64,000 bases of DNA from the human T2T-CHM13v2.0 reference genome, Homo sapiens. Under the pieces are notes generated by a model. It saw only the letters and a program-made list of their open reading frames with translations. It was not told where the DNA came from and made no database searches. Both the position numbers and the translations under genes were made by a program. The stretch lies in NCBI RefSeq assembly GCF_009914755.1, contig NC_060946.1, one strand, 5' to 3'. Numbering within the stretch: position 1 is the first letter of the stretch; every line of letters begins with the position of its first letter. Shown here in pieces: positions 63,861 through 64,000 of the stretch.

Positions 63861-64000
63861 GATATAAATATTGTATACATAAAAAAGACATACAATGTTT
63901 ATGAATAGAAAGATTTTATATTGTAAATAAGTCATTTCTACTCATTAAATTATGGTTGAATGCAATCCTACTCAAAATCCTATCAGGTAATTTGGAAATG

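Overview
Primate (very likely human) genomic DNA that looks like a pericentromeric segmental duplication. It is AT-rich and crowded with Alu, L1, L2, MIR, Tigger, MER58 and LTR elements, and contains no prokaryotic features. The main locus is a + strand ANKRD30B/NY-BR-1-like ankyrin-repeat pseudogene: ATG at 30617 in a CpG island, with recognisable exons to about 59257. The best candidate from memory is ANKRD30BP2 (CTSP-1/C21orf99) or a near-identical paralogue; BLAT is needed to confirm this. An 8.6-kb HERV-IP10 (LTR10) provirus (44108-52678) splits exon 7 in the same orientation. Its 5' LTR adds a 29-aa in-frame C-terminus, a stop codon and a probable poly(A) signal. The only frame-breaking lesion seen upstream of the provirus is a 1-nt excess in exon 3, which splicing could bypass. 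Every exon beyond the split exon 7 is badly decayed. Also present: solo LTR5A and MER61A, a U6 pseudogene, a young AluYa4/Ya5, promoter tandem and inverted repeats, and local rearrangement scars. I see no wholly new class of system; the best candidate is an ERV-truncated, possibly splice-rescued testis gene. Family names come from recalled consensus sequences, not database searches.
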